Assembly (NCBI GenBank): GCA_039195135.1
Contig: JBCCVP010000010.1
Location: 1,215-65,214, forward strand
Reading direction: 5' to 3'
DNA length: 64,000 bases
Source: Pseudomonadota bacterium
GTDB taxonomy: Bacteria; Pseudomonadota; Gammaproteobacteria; Xanthomonadales; SZUA-38
Shown: piece by piece, positions 28,630 through 38,618 of the stretch
Layout of the letters: every line of letters starts with the position of its first letter
Position numbering within the stretch: the first letter of the stretch is position 1
The notes under the pieces: model-generated
Told to the model about the DNA's origin: nothing
Seen by the model: the letters and a program-made list of their open reading frames with translations, nothing else
The model's database searches: none
Program-made: the position numbers and the translations under genes

Positions 28630-30347
28630 AGGTCCGGCCCGGCGGTGAAGTGCAATCGAAGCCCGTCGTCTTCCTCGTCCGACAGGGGGTAAGCCAGGTC
28701 CAGCCGCAGCGGCCCGATCGGCGTCAGCCAGCGCACGCCCAGGCCGGCCGCGTAGGCCACGTCGTCGGCGCCGGGGCCAAACGCGTTGCCCGCGTCCACA
28801 AACGCCGCCCAGCGGAACTTGCCTCGAAGCGGGCCGTCGATCTCCGCGCTGGCCACGCCCAGGTAGCGGCCCCCGCGAGGATCGCCGTTGGCATCGACCG
28901 GTCCCAGCGCTTCAAAGTCGAAGCCCCGAACGCTTTGGTCCCCACCGGCAAAAAACCGCAGCGAGGCCGGCACCTGACCGAATTCGCTGGCCCAGAGCGC
29001 GCCGGCCTCACCGCGCAGCAGCAGGCGGTAGTGGTCGCCCAGACTCATGATCAGCTTGGCATTGACATCGAGCCGCGCCAGGTTCGTATCCGACGCCACC
29101 GCTTCCGCGCCAACCTGGGCGATAGCGCTGGCGCGCCAGCCGTGCCGGGGAACCTCGCTCGCGGTGTCACCGGCGGTTCGCGACAGCTCAAAACTCCCGA
29201 GCAGGAGTGACACCGATTCATCCTCCTGGCCCACCTGGAAGTCTTCGAACAGATAAGTCAGACCATCGACCCGGCGCCAGGGCCCAAGCCGGGACAGGCG
29301 GCTGACGCCAAGCTGCACCGTATCCCGATCCGCGCTGTCGGTTTCCTCGTCGACGTAGTTCAGGGTGATCGCCAGCGACCGGTCCAGGTCGCTGGGGGAA
29401 GGGATATCCAGCCGGGCAGCGGCCAGGGAGCGGCGGCTGGCCAGCTCCAGCTGGAGCCGGCCCTGATAGCCCTGGCTGTTGAGCCAGCGCCGTTCGGCGC
29501 CGGCCTCCACGCCGGGGCCGGCATCGGTGGCGTAGAGCAGGCCCGCCTGATAAGCCGAGCGTTTGCGCGGCGTCAGCCGCACCTCCACCGGCACCTCGGC
29601 CTGCGCCGAATCCGGTTCCCCCAGCACCACCTCCACCGCTGCGAAATAGCCACTGCTGCGGAGGTTTTCGCTCAGCGTTTGCAGTTTCGTCTGGGAGAAA
29701 ACCTCTCCTGACTTTAGATTGATGTACCGCTTTAGAAACTGCTGGTCCAGCGGGCTGTCGCTCAGGCGCACCTCGCTGATGCGAAACGGCGGGCCCGGGT
29801 CCCAGCGAAGCTTAATCTCCGCTCGCCGCTCGCGCCGGTGCACCCGCACCTCGGCATGGGTCAGGCGAGCGTTCAGATGGCCTCGGTTGAGCAGCCAGGT
29901 CTGAAAGTCCTGCTTTGCGCGCTCGTACTTCTGATGGTCCAGCACGTCGCCGGGCACGAAGGGAAATCGTTTCGCCGGCGAAAGCGCCGGGTCCGAGAAT
30001 CCTACATCGATAGCGGTCACCCGAACCGGTTCGCCCGGCAGCAGGTCAACGCTCACGGCTCCGTCGGTCACATCGATCGTCAATTGAGCCTCGTAGTAAC
30101 CGAACGGCTGCAGCGCTTTGGGGCCCTCGCTCACCAACCGGCGCAGCCAGAAGTCCAGCGCCCGTTCATCGGTGAGGGAGCGGATCCGGGCCGCAGGAGT
30201 TGTCGCCGCCAAGGCTTCGCGCTGCGCGGAGGTTCCACCGCTTACTGTGAGTTCTAACGCCTCGCGGGCCGGACTCAGCAGCAACGACAGGGCAAGAAAT
30301 GCCCAGCGCACCGTCGTTCCCACATCCGTGTTGGTCTTATCGCCCAT
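28626..30347 (-). CDS. tamA: Autotransporter assembly outer-membrane protein TamA (Omp85 family)
   Basis: POTRA-like region ALQPFGYY, RFFAGGDQSVRGF, FVDAGNAF and TPIGPLRLDLA. Start uncertain (30347 or 30389). Confidence 0.92.
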   Translation of the reverse strand: MGDKTNTDVGTTVRWAFLALSLLLSPAREALELTVSGGTSAQREALAATTPAARIRSLTDERALDFWLRRLVSEGPKALQPFGYYEAQLTIDVTDGAVSVDLLPGEPVRVTAIDVGFSDPALSPAKRFPFVPGDVLDHQKYERAKQDFQTWLLNRGHLNARLTHAEVRVHRRERRAEIKLRWDPGPPFRISEVRLSDSPLDQQFLKRYINLKSGEVFSQTKLQTLSENLRSSGYFAAVEVVLGEPDSAQAEVPVEVRLTPRKRSAYQAGLLYATDAGPGVEAGAERRWLNSQGYQGRLQLELASRRSLAAARLDIPSPSDLDRSLAITLNYVDEETDSADRDTVQLGVSRLSRLGPWRRVDGLTYLFEDFQVGQEDESVSLLLGSFELSRTAGDTASEVPRHGWRASAIAQVGAEAVASDTNLARLDVNAKLIMSLGDHYRLLLRGEAGALWASEFGQVPASLRFFAGGDQSVRGFDFEALGPVDANGDPRGGRYLGVASAEIDGPLRGKFRWAAFVDAGNAFGPGADDVAYAAGLGVRWLTPIGPLRLDLAYPLSDEEDDGLRLHFTAGPDL

Positions 30348-30448
30348 GACTTTAGGTCTGACTGCCGGAAAGGCTGAAGGTGCCTGCATTCGTCGCTATT
30401 CGCCGGTCGAATTCGGCTAAACTTTCCGCCTCAATCAGGAACGCCAGC

Positions 30449-30931
30449 ATGCCATCATTTGACGTTGTATCGGAAGTTGATCATCACGAACTCACCAACG
30501 CGGTGGACCAGGCCAACCGGGAGGTGAGCACGCGCTTCGACTTCAAAGGCTCAGGTGCCCGCTTCGAACTGAAAGAGAACGTGATTGAGCTCACCGCCCA
30601 GGCGGAGTTTCAGCTGCAGCAGATGCTCGACATGCTGTACGGCAAGCTCGCCAAGCGGGGCATCGATACGGCTGCGCTGGAGCTGTCGGAGCCCATCGAA
30701 ATGGCCAAGACGGCCACCCAGACGGCTACGGTGCGCGAAGGTATCGATACGCCGCTGGCCAAGAAGATGGTCAAGCTGATCAAAGACGCCAAGCTCAAGG
30801 TGCAGACCCAGATCCAGGGAGATCAGCTGCGGGTGACGGGCAAGAAGCGGGACGACCTGCAGACGGTGATCGGCATGCTGCGGGAAGCGGACCTTGAGAT
30901 GCCGCTGCAATACAAGAACTTCCGGGACTGA
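30449..30931 (+). CDS. yajQ: YajQ-family nucleotide-binding protein
   Basis: [34 protein letters not shown] and NFRD*. Confidence 0.96.
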   Translation: MPSFDVVSEVDHHELTNAVDQANREVSTRFDFKGSGARFELKENVIELTAQAEFQLQQMLDMLYGKLAKRGIDTAALELSEPIEMAKTATQTATVREGIDTPLAKKMVKLIKDAKLKVQTQIQGDQLRVTGKKRDDLQTVIGMLREADLEMPLQYKNFRD

Positions 30932-30933
30932 TC

Positions 30934-31944
30934 GTGCGGGCGGTCGGCTATAAAGAGAAGGGTCCGGTTTCGGTCGCGGACGCGCTAGTGGACTTCGAGC
31001 TGCCGGAGCCCGTACCGGGGCCCCGGGATCTGCTTGTCGAGGTAAAGGGGGTGTCCGTCAATCCGGTGGACATCAAGGTCCGGGCCCGCTTTGAGCCCGA
31101 GGACACACCGCGGATTCTGGGATTCGATGCCGCCGGCGTTGTCAAAGCTGTCGGGTCGGCGGTCGAGGGTTTTGCGCCCGGCGATGAAGTGTTCTACGCC
31201 GGCGATCTCAACCGGCCGGGCAGCAATGCCGAATGCCAGCTGGTGGATGAACGCATTGTCGGTCGCAAACCGGCCTCGCTGGGCTTTGCCGAAGCTGCGG
31301 GTCACCCGCTCACCTCAATCACCGCCTGGGAGATGCTGTTTGACTGTTTCGGCCTGCGGGAGGGCGAGGGTGCCGGCGATGCGCTGCTGGTGGTGGGTGG
31401 CGCCGGCGGCGTGGGCTCGATCCTGATTCAGCTGGCCAAGCAGCTCACCGGTCTTAAGGTGATCGCCACCGCTTCGCGACCGGACACGCAGGCCTGGGTG
31501 AAAAAAATGGGTGCGGATGAGGTGGTCAACCATCACCAGCCGCTGGACCAGGAGCTGGCGTCGCTTGGCGTGGCGCCCCGCTACGTGGCGGCACTGACCC
31601 ATACGGACCGGCACTTTGCGGCGATCACCGAGGCGATTGCGCCGCGCGGCCACATCGCCCTGATCGATGATCCCCCGGAACTCAACATTCTCCCGCTCAA
31701 ACCCAAAGCGGTCAGCGTCAGCTGGGAGTTTATGTTCACGCGGCCCATGTTCGCTACGGCTGACATCTCGGTGCAGCAGGCGCTGCTCAACCGCGTGGCG
31801 GCGCTGCTTGATGCGGGGCAGCTCCAGTCGATTGTCCAGCGTCAGGACGGCGCGCTAAACGCCAGCCGCCTGCAGGCCGCCCACGAGTTTCAGGCCAGCG
31901 GCACCGCCATCGGCAAAACGGTCCTTGACGGCCTAAGCGCCTGA
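30934..31944 (+). CDS. Zinc-type alcohol dehydrogenase-like (MDR/quinone reductase) protein
   Basis: [32 protein letters not shown] and WEFMFTR. Confidence 0.92.
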   Translation: MRAVGYKEKGPVSVADALVDFELPEPVPGPRDLLVEVKGVSVNPVDIKVRARFEPEDTPRILGFDAAGVVKAVGSAVEGFAPGDEVFYAGDLNRPGSNAECQLVDERIVGRKPASLGFAEAAGHPLTSITAWEMLFDCFGLREGEGAGDALLVVGGAGGVGSILIQLAKQLTGLKVIATASRPDTQAWVKKMGADEVVNHHQPLDQELASLGVAPRYVAALTHTDRHFAAITEAIAPRGHIALIDDPPELNILPLKPKAVSVSWEFMFTRPMFATADISVQQALLNRVAALLDAGQLQSIVQRQDGALNASRLQAAHEFQASGTAIGKTVLDGLSA

Positions 31945-31958
31945 AAGAGGCCCGGGAT

Positions 31959-32145
31959 GGGTCAGACCCACTTGGGGTCTGACCCCCGAAAATGGCACGT
32001 CTCGCGGTCGAGCGCGAAAGCGAAGTTTCCGACGGATATCGTTCGAGCGTTGCTTTTGGCGATCAACATCCGTCGGAAACTAAACAGCAACGCTAGTTCT
32101 CTACCGCGGCACTTTCCAGGGTCAGACCCCAAGCGGGTCTGACCC
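31959..32145. mobile_element. REPIN/MITE-like element: two inverted REP palindromes enclosing a 14-bp inverted repeat
   Basis: Left arm gggtcagacccacttggggtctgaccc is the reverse complement (1 mismatch) of right arm gggtcagaccccaagcgggtctgaccc. Inner perfect IR at 32024-32037 and 32068-32081. Confidence 0.7.
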
Positions 32146-32191
32146 GGAGTCCTCCCAGCGCTTTACCCCGGCGGCCACTTGACTATCCTTA

Positions 32192-32214
32192 GTGTACTAG
32201 TATACATAGTACAC
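32192..32214. promoter_or_regulatory. YtrA/GntR-type operator
   Basis: Perfect dyad GTGTACTA-N7-TAGTACAC ending 2 nt before the gntR ATG. TTGACT at 32179. Confidence 0.8.
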
Positions 32215-32216
32215 CT

Positions 32217-32618
32217 ATGTTGCCGTTTTCGGTTTTGTTCAAACCCGGTGTGCCGGCCCACACCCAGGTCGCCTACGCCGCCCGCAAGGCCATCGTGGCC
32301 GGGCACCTGAAGCCTGGCGATCGATTTCCCTCGGTGCGGGTGCTCAGCCAGGAACTCAAAATCAATCCGAACACCGCGCACAAGGTCGTGGCCCGGCTGG
32401 TGGAAGAGGGGCTGCTGGAGGTGCGCCCTGGCGTTGGAACCCTGGTCAGCAGCAGCACCCAGGTCAGCGAGGCTGAACGGCAGAAATTACTGGGAGACCC
32501 GCTGGAGCAGGTGGTGGTAGCGGCGCGACAGATGAACCTGTCGCTGGATGAGGTGCAGGCGGCGCTTACCCGGCACTGGTCGCGGCTCGATCCGGACACG
32601 AAAAGCAAAGGAGATTGA
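32217..32618 (+). CDS. GntR-family regulator (YtrA subfamily)
   Basis: GDRFPSVRVLSQELKINPNTAHK..RPGVGT; short length, upstream of an ABC ATPase. Confidence 0.93.
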   Translation: MLPFSVLFKPGVPAHTQVAYAARKAIVAGHLKPGDRFPSVRVLSQELKINPNTAHKVVARLVEEGLLEVRPGVGTLVSSSTQVSEAERQKLLGDPLEQVVVAARQMNLSLDEVQAALTRHWSRLDPDTKSKGD

Positions 32619-32621
32619 CCT

Positions 32622-33548
32622 ATGGCAGATCTGGCCATCACAACCCAGGGGCTGACCCGGCGTTTCGGACACCTGACGGCGCTGGAAAATCTCGACCTCA
32701 GCGTAAAGAGGGGTAGCTTCTGCGCCCTCCTGGGACCCAACGGCGCAGGCAAGTCCACCACCTTTCGTCTGCTTCTGGGCCTGCTGCGGCCAACGGAGGG
32801 TGAGGGCCAGATCTTGGGTACCGGTTTGACATCGATCCGGTCTGAGCTGTTCCAGCAGGTCGCCTACCTGGCTGACCAGCCGCAGCTCCCCCGCCACGTC
32901 AGCGCCCGCGGATATCTGGCCTACGTTCGGCCGTTTTACCGCTCCTGGGATGCGGCGCTGGAGCAGCAGCTTTGTGAGGAACTGGCGGTGCCGGTGGACC
33001 GGCGTATCGCCACCTTGTCGCGAGGCAACCGGCAGAAGGTGGCTCTGATCTCCTGCCTGGCCTTCCGCCCCCGGCTGCTGCTGCTCGATGAGCCGTTCGC
33101 CGGCATTGACGTTGCGGTGCGGGACCAGATTGTCGACAGCGTCCTCGCCGGCGCCGGTGATCGGGCGATGACGGTGCTGCTGGCGTCCCACGACCTGGAC
33201 GAGATTGAGCGGCTGGTTGATCAGGTTGTGATGCTGCGAGAAGGCCGGTGTTGTCTGCAGGAACCCACCGATCAGCTGCTCAATCGCTTTCGCCGCGTCT
33301 TCGTCCAGCTACGCGAACCGGCGGCAACCACCCCGGCAAACCCGTCGTTCTCGGAAGACTGGATTCAGTGGCGCCAGGATGGCGCCCGGCTGGAACTGGT
33401 GCATAGCCACTTCGACCCGGCCCGCACGGAGCGGGATCTGCGCCAGCAGCTGCCAAACCTTGAGGCGCTGTCGACCGCTCCCATGTCGCTGCGGGACGTG
33501 ATTGCGGCGGTATCTAGCCCCACCCGGAGACCGGCGCCGTGTCCCTGA
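32622..33548 (+). CDS. ABC transporter ATP-binding protein (exporter type)
   Basis: Walker A GPNGAGKST, signature LSRGNRQK, Walker B LLLLDEP and SH switch. Confidence 0.95.
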   Translation: MADLAITTQGLTRRFGHLTALENLDLSVKRGSFCALLGPNGAGKSTTFRLLLGLLRPTEGEGQILGTGLTSIRSELFQQVAYLADQPQLPRHVSARGYLAYVRPFYRSWDAALEQQLCEELAVPVDRRIATLSRGNRQKVALISCLAFRPRLLLLDEPFAGIDVAVRDQIVDSVLAGAGDRAMTVLLASHDLDEIERLVDQVVMLREGRCCLQEPTDQLLNRFRRVFVQLREPAATTPANPSFSEDWIQWRQDGARLELVHSHFDPARTERDLRQQLPNLEALSTAPMSLRDVIAAVSSPTRRPAPCP

Positions 33549-34984
33549 TGGTGCACCAGCTGCGCTGGGATCTGCGCGCCGTCTGGCCGGCCGGGCTGGT
33601 GATGCTCACGCTGCTGCTGGCAAAGATCTGGGCACTGATATCGGCCGATGACGGTCGCCGGTCTGACCTGCTCAGCGTCGCTCAGGCAGATACCTATGTG
33701 ATTGCTGCGGCATGGCTGGTGATCGCGCTGTGGCAGCCGATGCGCCCCAATGCGGGCCGGGAGCCGGATTGGCGCATTCGGCCTCTACCCCGCACCACCA
33801 TTGCTCTGGCCAAGCTGCTGCTCATGCTGTTGGCGATTGTGTTCCCGGTGCACCTGGCGGAGCTGTGGCTGCTGCGGCAGCTCGGATTCGCGCTGCCGCC
33901 CGGCGAGTGGATCTACGGCGTGGCGGGCTCGGTCGGCCTGATCTGCGGCCTGTCCGGCATCGCCCTGCTGGTGCGGCGACCGGCGGATCTGATCGGCGTG
34001 CTGGTGACGGCTGGAGTGCTGATTGCCACGGAAACGATGCTGGCCGGATTCCTGATCAGAACGGGTGAGCCACTGCCGCCGGAGATCCGCGGGCTGCGGG
34101 CACTCACGCTGGTCGTCACGGCGCTGGTCGTCGGCTACGGCCGGCTGCACAACCGGTCCCAGACCTGGCTGTGGATCGCCTTCGTTGCCGGCCTTATCGT
34201 CTATCTGGGCCTGCGGTTGCTGCCGGCGGCGCCGTCGGGGCTGACCGTCGAGGCGTCGGTGCGGGCGAAAACGCCGGTGCTGCACCGTCTCTCTATCCAA
34301 CTGCCGCTGGAGCTGCGACTCGACCCGCCGGGCGCCTATCGGGTGAGCAGTGGCGACAATCCGCTGCTGCTTGACGGCGTACCGGCGAAGCCGATCGGCT
34401 CCCAGAGCGCTTTTTTCGGCGACATCACCGCGTCCCTGGGGCCGGAATACCGCCCGACCGGGCCGGCGCGGAACAGCCTTCGACTGCTGTTTTCTGTGCC
34501 CCCCGGTGAACTACAGGCCGGCCCGGTTACCTATCGCGATTCGCTTCGGATTACATCGCGGTCTCTGTCCGTTGCCGGGCAGGTACCGCTCAAAGAAGGC
34601 GCGGGCCTGCGGACGGGGCGGGCGCACCTTGCGGTGCAGGAAATCAATCTGGGCGAGGGTGGTCTTGAGCTGGTCGTTCGCGTTGACCAGGTCCACACCA
34701 ACCTGCTGTCGCCGCATGCGTGGCGTTTTGCGCTGATCCATCCGGCGCGGCGGGAGGTTGTGCGCCGCCACAGCACCACCCGAGACTGGACCAGCCAACT
34801 GCTGGTGACCCGCTGGCATTCCCGGTCGACCCAGGTGCTGCGGATCGGCCAGGATCAGATGCCGATTGCGTTGGAGCGGTGGCTTGAAGGAGCAGAGCTC
34901 GTTCTGGTGTCGGTAGAGTCCCAGGCATCCCGGCTGGTGCCGGTATCGGTCGACGCTTTCCTCGACCCGGCCGGTGCGCCATGA
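33539..34984 (+). CDS. Putative ABC exporter permease with a large extracytoplasmic C-terminal domain
   Basis: Multiple N-terminal TM helices with a WRIRP motif; coupled to the ATPase gene. Confidence 0.7.
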   Translation: MSLMVHQLRWDLRAVWPAGLVMLTLLLAKIWALISADDGRRSDLLSVAQADTYVIAAAWLVIALWQPMRPNAGREPDWRIRPLPRTTIALAKLLLMLLAIVFPVHLAELWLLRQLGFALPPGEWIYGVAGSVGLICGLSGIALLVRRPADLIGVLVTAGVLIATETMLAGFLIRTGEPLPPEIRGLRALTLVVTALVVGYGRLHNRSQTWLWIAFVAGLIVYLGLRLLPAAPSGLTVEASVRAKTPVLHRLSIQLPLELRLDPPGAYRVSSGDNPLLLDGVPAKPIGSQSAFFGDITASLGPEYRPTGPARNSLRLLFSVPPGELQAGPVTYRDSLRITSRSLSVAGQVPLKEGAGLRTGRAHLAVQEINLGEGGLELVVRVDQVHTNLLSPHAWRFALIHPARREVVRRHSTTRDWTSQLLVTRWHSRSTQVLRIGQDQMPIALERWLEGAELVLVSVESQASRLVPVSVDAFLDPAGAP

Positions 34985-36495
34985 ATCCGGTCGGTTGGAT
35001 CATGGGGTGGACCGCCCGCCGGCTGCGCTGGCTGGTGATCGGATGGTGGCTTTTCCTGGCGCTTAAAGTTGCCGTTTTTCCGCTGATCCTGGCTCAGGAT
35101 GGCGCGGCCAGGGGCTTCTTGCTGGCAACTTTGAGAAACGACCTCTGGGTAGTCCTGGGCATCTGGCTGCTCACCGCGGCACTGGTGGCGGATCAGCCGC
35201 TGGGCCGGCCAGACGCCGACTGGCGCACGCGTCCGATGACATGGCACCACGTCTTCCTGGCCGACCTTGCGCTGCTCGGCGGCGGGGTTTGGCTGCCGGT
35301 GCTGGTGGCTCAGGGTCTCGCGCTGATGCGGCTCGATCTGTCCGGGCACGAGGTGGTCGGGCCGCTGGCCTGGTGTGCGCTGGATACCGCGATGCTGGTG
35401 GCCGTCGCCTGGCTGCTGGCGAGCGTAACGCGAGGGATTGGCCAATTTGTGATCACGGCGCTGGCCCTGGCGGCGCTTTCGTCGCTGGCGAGCAACGTGG
35501 TTGTCGAATGGGTCCTGGAATGGCGCGGCAACAGCTTTCAGGATCCGCCGGCGGTGCAGGTCACGCTCGGCCTGGGGCTGATCACGATGGCCGTCGCGCT
35601 GGTGGCCTACCTGGCAGGAACGGCTCGCCTGGGCCAGGTTCGGCTGCTTACCGCGCTGCTCTGGCTGTTGGTGGTGGCGGCGCCGCTGCTGACGCTGCCG
35701 CAGGCAGACTGGCGGCCCGGAGCCGCGGAGTTTCGGGACGTGGCAGCAAAGGTGCAGGTGCGCGAGGCGTCCCGGGCGGCCGGGTTTGGCTGGTCTTACG
35801 AGGACTTTGCCGAGCGCAAACCCGTGCTGGTACCGCTCACTGCGGAACTTCCCTCGGGGTATGCGCTGCAGGGGGCGAGGCTGTCTGGCGAGTGGACCAC
35901 CCAAGCCGGAGCAACGTTGCGGCACCGCGGACGTGCGGACCTGTGGATCGAAGGCGGTCGACCGGCCGGCAACGTGCGGCTGGTGCCGCTGCTGGCGATG
36001 CCTCCGGATACCTACGAGCGCAACCGGGATCAGTCCGGCGAGTATCGGGGCCGCCTGCTGTACCACCTGTCGCGGCAGCGGGAAATTGCTACGGCGCCGC
36101 TGGCGCCGGGTGCGGTGCTTCGCCTGCCGAACGGGGTGCTGCGTATCGAAAGCCTGCACCGGTCGGCCGGACGGGTCGATCTCCGGGTGAAGATCCAGCT
36201 GGTGGAGTCCACCACCGCGCCGCAGCTGAACGATCTTGTGATGATGCGCCGGTCGGAAGCCGGCGAGCTGCAGCACTTCGCCAGCCAAAGAATTGCCGTG
36301 TCTTACCTGCGGCTGATTGGTCGTCGTCCGCAGATCTGGGCCGGTCACTTCACGCTGGGCAGTGAGCTGCTCGCCGCTGACGAGGCTTTGGGGCAACTCG
36401 TGGTGCTGGAGCGGCAGGTATCGCCCGCGTATCGCACTTCGTTTGTGATCGAGTCGCTGATTCCCGACGACTACCCCGAACCACCGACCGGCTAG
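34981..36495 (+). CDS. Putative ABC exporter permease, paralog of the upstream gene
   Basis: Same architecture with a WRTRP motif; start overlaps the upstream stop. Confidence 0.7.
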   Translation: MNPVGWIMGWTARRLRWLVIGWWLFLALKVAVFPLILAQDGAARGFLLATLRNDLWVVLGIWLLTAALVADQPLGRPDADWRTRPMTWHHVFLADLALLGGGVWLPVLVAQGLALMRLDLSGHEVVGPLAWCALDTAMLVAVAWLLASVTRGIGQFVITALALAALSSLASNVVVEWVLEWRGNSFQDPPAVQVTLGLGLITMAVALVAYLAGTARLGQVRLLTALLWLLVVAAPLLTLPQADWRPGAAEFRDVAAKVQVREASRAAGFGWSYEDFAERKPVLVPLTAELPSGYALQGARLSGEWTTQAGATLRHRGRADLWIEGGRPAGNVRLVPLLAMPPDTYERNRDQSGEYRGRLLYHLSRQREIATAPLAPGAVLRLPNGVLRIESLHRSAGRVDLRVKIQLVESTTAPQLNDLVMMRRSEAGELQHFASQRIAVSYLRLIGRRPQIWAGHFTLGSELLAADEALGQLVVLERQVSPAYRTSFVIESLIPDDYPEPPTG

Positions 36496-36507
36496 CTCGG
36501 CGGGCGG

Positions 36508-37101
36508 CTATTTCAGGGTCAGAAAGCCGTTCAGCGTGGTGCGGTAGTAGCTGCCGGCGTCATCCCGATATACCGCCGGCGTGATGCGGTGGTTCAGGTA
36601 CGCCGGCAGCAGCACCAGCCGGTTGTTCTTCGGCCCGACGGTCAGGTTGAGGTCTTCAACGATCAGGTCCCCGTCGGTGAACAGCTCCGGCTGGGGATTG
36701 ATGTAAAGAATCCAGGACATGAAAATCTGCGTCCAGTGCACGCCGTCCCCCGTGTCGGTGTGGGTGCGGTAGTCCGTATCGCTGCGCATTTCCGTCAGCG
36801 CCGTGGTGAACTTGTGCTGCTTGTTGACCAGCGTGTAGCTCAGGTCATGAATCTGCTCACAGGTCTCCAGCACCTTCGGCCCGTAGAGTTTCTCTGGCAG
36901 CACCTGCAGGATGTAGGAGCGTTTTCGATCCTGATATAGCTCGTCCAGGATCGTGCGGTAGAGCACCACGTCGCTGCCGTGATAGGTCGGGACGATGTAC
37001 TGGCGGAGGTGGGCTATCTCCTGCGAGACGAGGTCGTATTCCCGCGGCTCAAAGACGTTTTCGACGACCAGGACGCGGCCGCCCAGAATATGCGTTTCCA
37101 T
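36508..37101 (-). CDS. 2OG-Fe(II) oxygenase family protein (prolyl hydroxylase-like)
   Basis: HTD motif, ILYIN, DGDL, NRLVL, distal His (NHRI) and YRTT. Confidence 0.75.
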   Translation of the reverse strand: METHILGGRVLVVENVFEPREYDLVSQEIAHLRQYIVPTYHGSDVVLYRTILDELYQDRKRSYILQVLPEKLYGPKVLETCEQIHDLSYTLVNKQHKFTTALTEMRSDTDYRTHTDTGDGVHWTQIFMSWILYINPQPELFTDGDLIVEDLNLTVGPKNNRLVLLPAYLNHRITPAVYRDDAGSYYRTTLNGFLTLK

Positions 37102-37110
37102 GGCGCGAAC

Positions 37111-38535
37111 TTAACCCCTGGCGGGGCTGGCCTCAACCGGGACCGGCCGCTGGGAACCGGCGAAGGCGGCAATCAGCGCCACCACAAAAGGCACCAGCCG
37201 CTCGGCGATGTCCCCGGGAGTGTTGGGCAAGCTGTACAGCACCGCGGTAAGACCAAAACCCAGCACCATGGCGCTCAGCGCGCCGGGTCCGGTCACGCGG
37301 CGTCCCAGCAGCATCACGATCAATATGGGTCCAAACGCTGCGCCCAGCCCATTCCAGGCGAACAGCACGCGGGAGAAGATGGAGGCGGGCAGGTAGCTGG
37401 CCAGCAGCGCCGAAGCGGCGCACAGGGCCGCCATCACGATGCGGGCAACGGTAAGCGATTGCCGGGGAAAGCGCCGGGACAGCCCCAGGTCGTGGGCCAC
37501 CGCCGAGGCCGCCACCAGCAGCTGGCTGTCGGCGGTGGACATGATGGCGGACAGCACGGCGGCGGTGATCACGGCTCCCACCACCACCGGAAACAGGTCG
37601 TTGGTCAGGGTAAAAAACAGCGACTCGCCGTCGGCAGCCTCCGGCATGAGCAGCCGGCCACACCAGCCCAGCGTCAGCATGCCGGCCAGCACCACCACAA
37701 ACCAGCCCACCGACATCACTCGGGCACGGCGCAGGGCGGTTTCGTCTTTCAGGGCCATAAACCGGTTCAGCAGCTGTGGTTGGCCGAAGGTCCCCAGCCC
37801 CACAAGCATCATGCCGGCGGCAAAACCAACGGCGAACAGCCCCGCGAAGCCCCCGCCGGCACCGGGGCCCATCCCGGGCAGGGCCCGGAACAGTTCGGCC
37901 GGTCCGCCGACCGCCAGTACCGCCGCCACCGGCAGGATCACGGCGGCGGCACACATCAGCAGCCCCTGCAGCGCATCCGTCACGCTCACCGCCCAGAATC
38001 CGCCCAGCAGCGTGTAGACCAGCACAATAGCTGCGCCCAGCCACAGCGCGTGGTCCCGGTTCATGTCGAAATTGGCTGTGAACGTATTGCCGGCGCCCTG
38101 AAACTGCGCGGCCACGTAGAACACAAAGCAGAACAACACAATCACCGAGGCCACCGCTGCCACCAGTGGCTTCCAACCGCCTTCGCAGTCCCCGGCCAGC
38201 ACATCGGTGAGGGTCAGCGCCGCCCCGTTGCGGGTGCGCGCCATCAACCGTGGCGCAAGCCAGAACCAGCACACGATGTGCGCCGTCACGATGCCCGGCA
38301 GCAGCCAGACAGCGCCCAGGCCCAGGGTGAACGCAGCGCCGCTGACGCCCAGCAGCGTCCAGGCGGACGAGCTGCTGGCGGCGTAGCTGATGGCGGCGAC
38401 AAAAGCGCCCAGCTGCTGCCCGCCAAGAAAATAGTCTTCGGTGGTCCGGGTCCTGCGCTGGGCCCAGAGGCCAATGCCTAGCAGGACCACTTTGTACCCC
38501 ACCAAAGTGAGCAGCACGATGGTACTTCTTTCCAA
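37111..38535 (-). CDS. Sodium/proline-type solute symporter (SSS family)
   Basis: DYFLGG, ASSSSAWTLLG, GGFWAVSVTD, FGQPQ and AIMSTADSQLL. Confidence 0.9.
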   Translation of the reverse strand: MERSTIVLLTLVGYKVVLLGIGLWAQRRTRTTEDYFLGGQQLGAFVAAISYAASSSSAWTLLGVSGAAFTLGLGAVWLLPGIVTAHIVCWFWLAPRLMARTRNGAALTLTDVLAGDCEGGWKPLVAAVASVIVLFCFVFYVAAQFQGAGNTFTANFDMNRDHALWLGAAIVLVYTLLGGFWAVSVTDALQGLLMCAAAVILPVAAVLAVGGPAELFRALPGMGPGAGGGFAGLFAVGFAAGMMLVGLGTFGQPQLLNRFMALKDETALRRARVMSVGWFVVVLAGMLTLGWCGRLLMPEAADGESLFFTLTNDLFPVVVGAVITAAVLSAIMSTADSQLLVAASAVAHDLGLSRRFPRQSLTVARIVMAALCAASALLASYLPASIFSRVLFAWNGLGAAFGPILIVMLLGRRVTGPGALSAMVLGFGLTAVLYSLPNTPGDIAERLVPFVVALIAAFAGSQRPVPVEASPARG

Positions 38536-38618
38536 GTCAAAACCTCTTCGCGATGAGCTTAAGCTGCGCCGACGACGCGCTGCGATAGAATACCCGCATC
38601 ACACCCGGGGAATCTCCC

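Noticed and set aside
31957-32142. 61-aa ORF in the REP element, and the REP copies as a CRISPR array
   Set aside because: The ORF is just a translation of palindromes. The repeats are dispersed or inverted rather than regularly spaced, and no cas genes are present.
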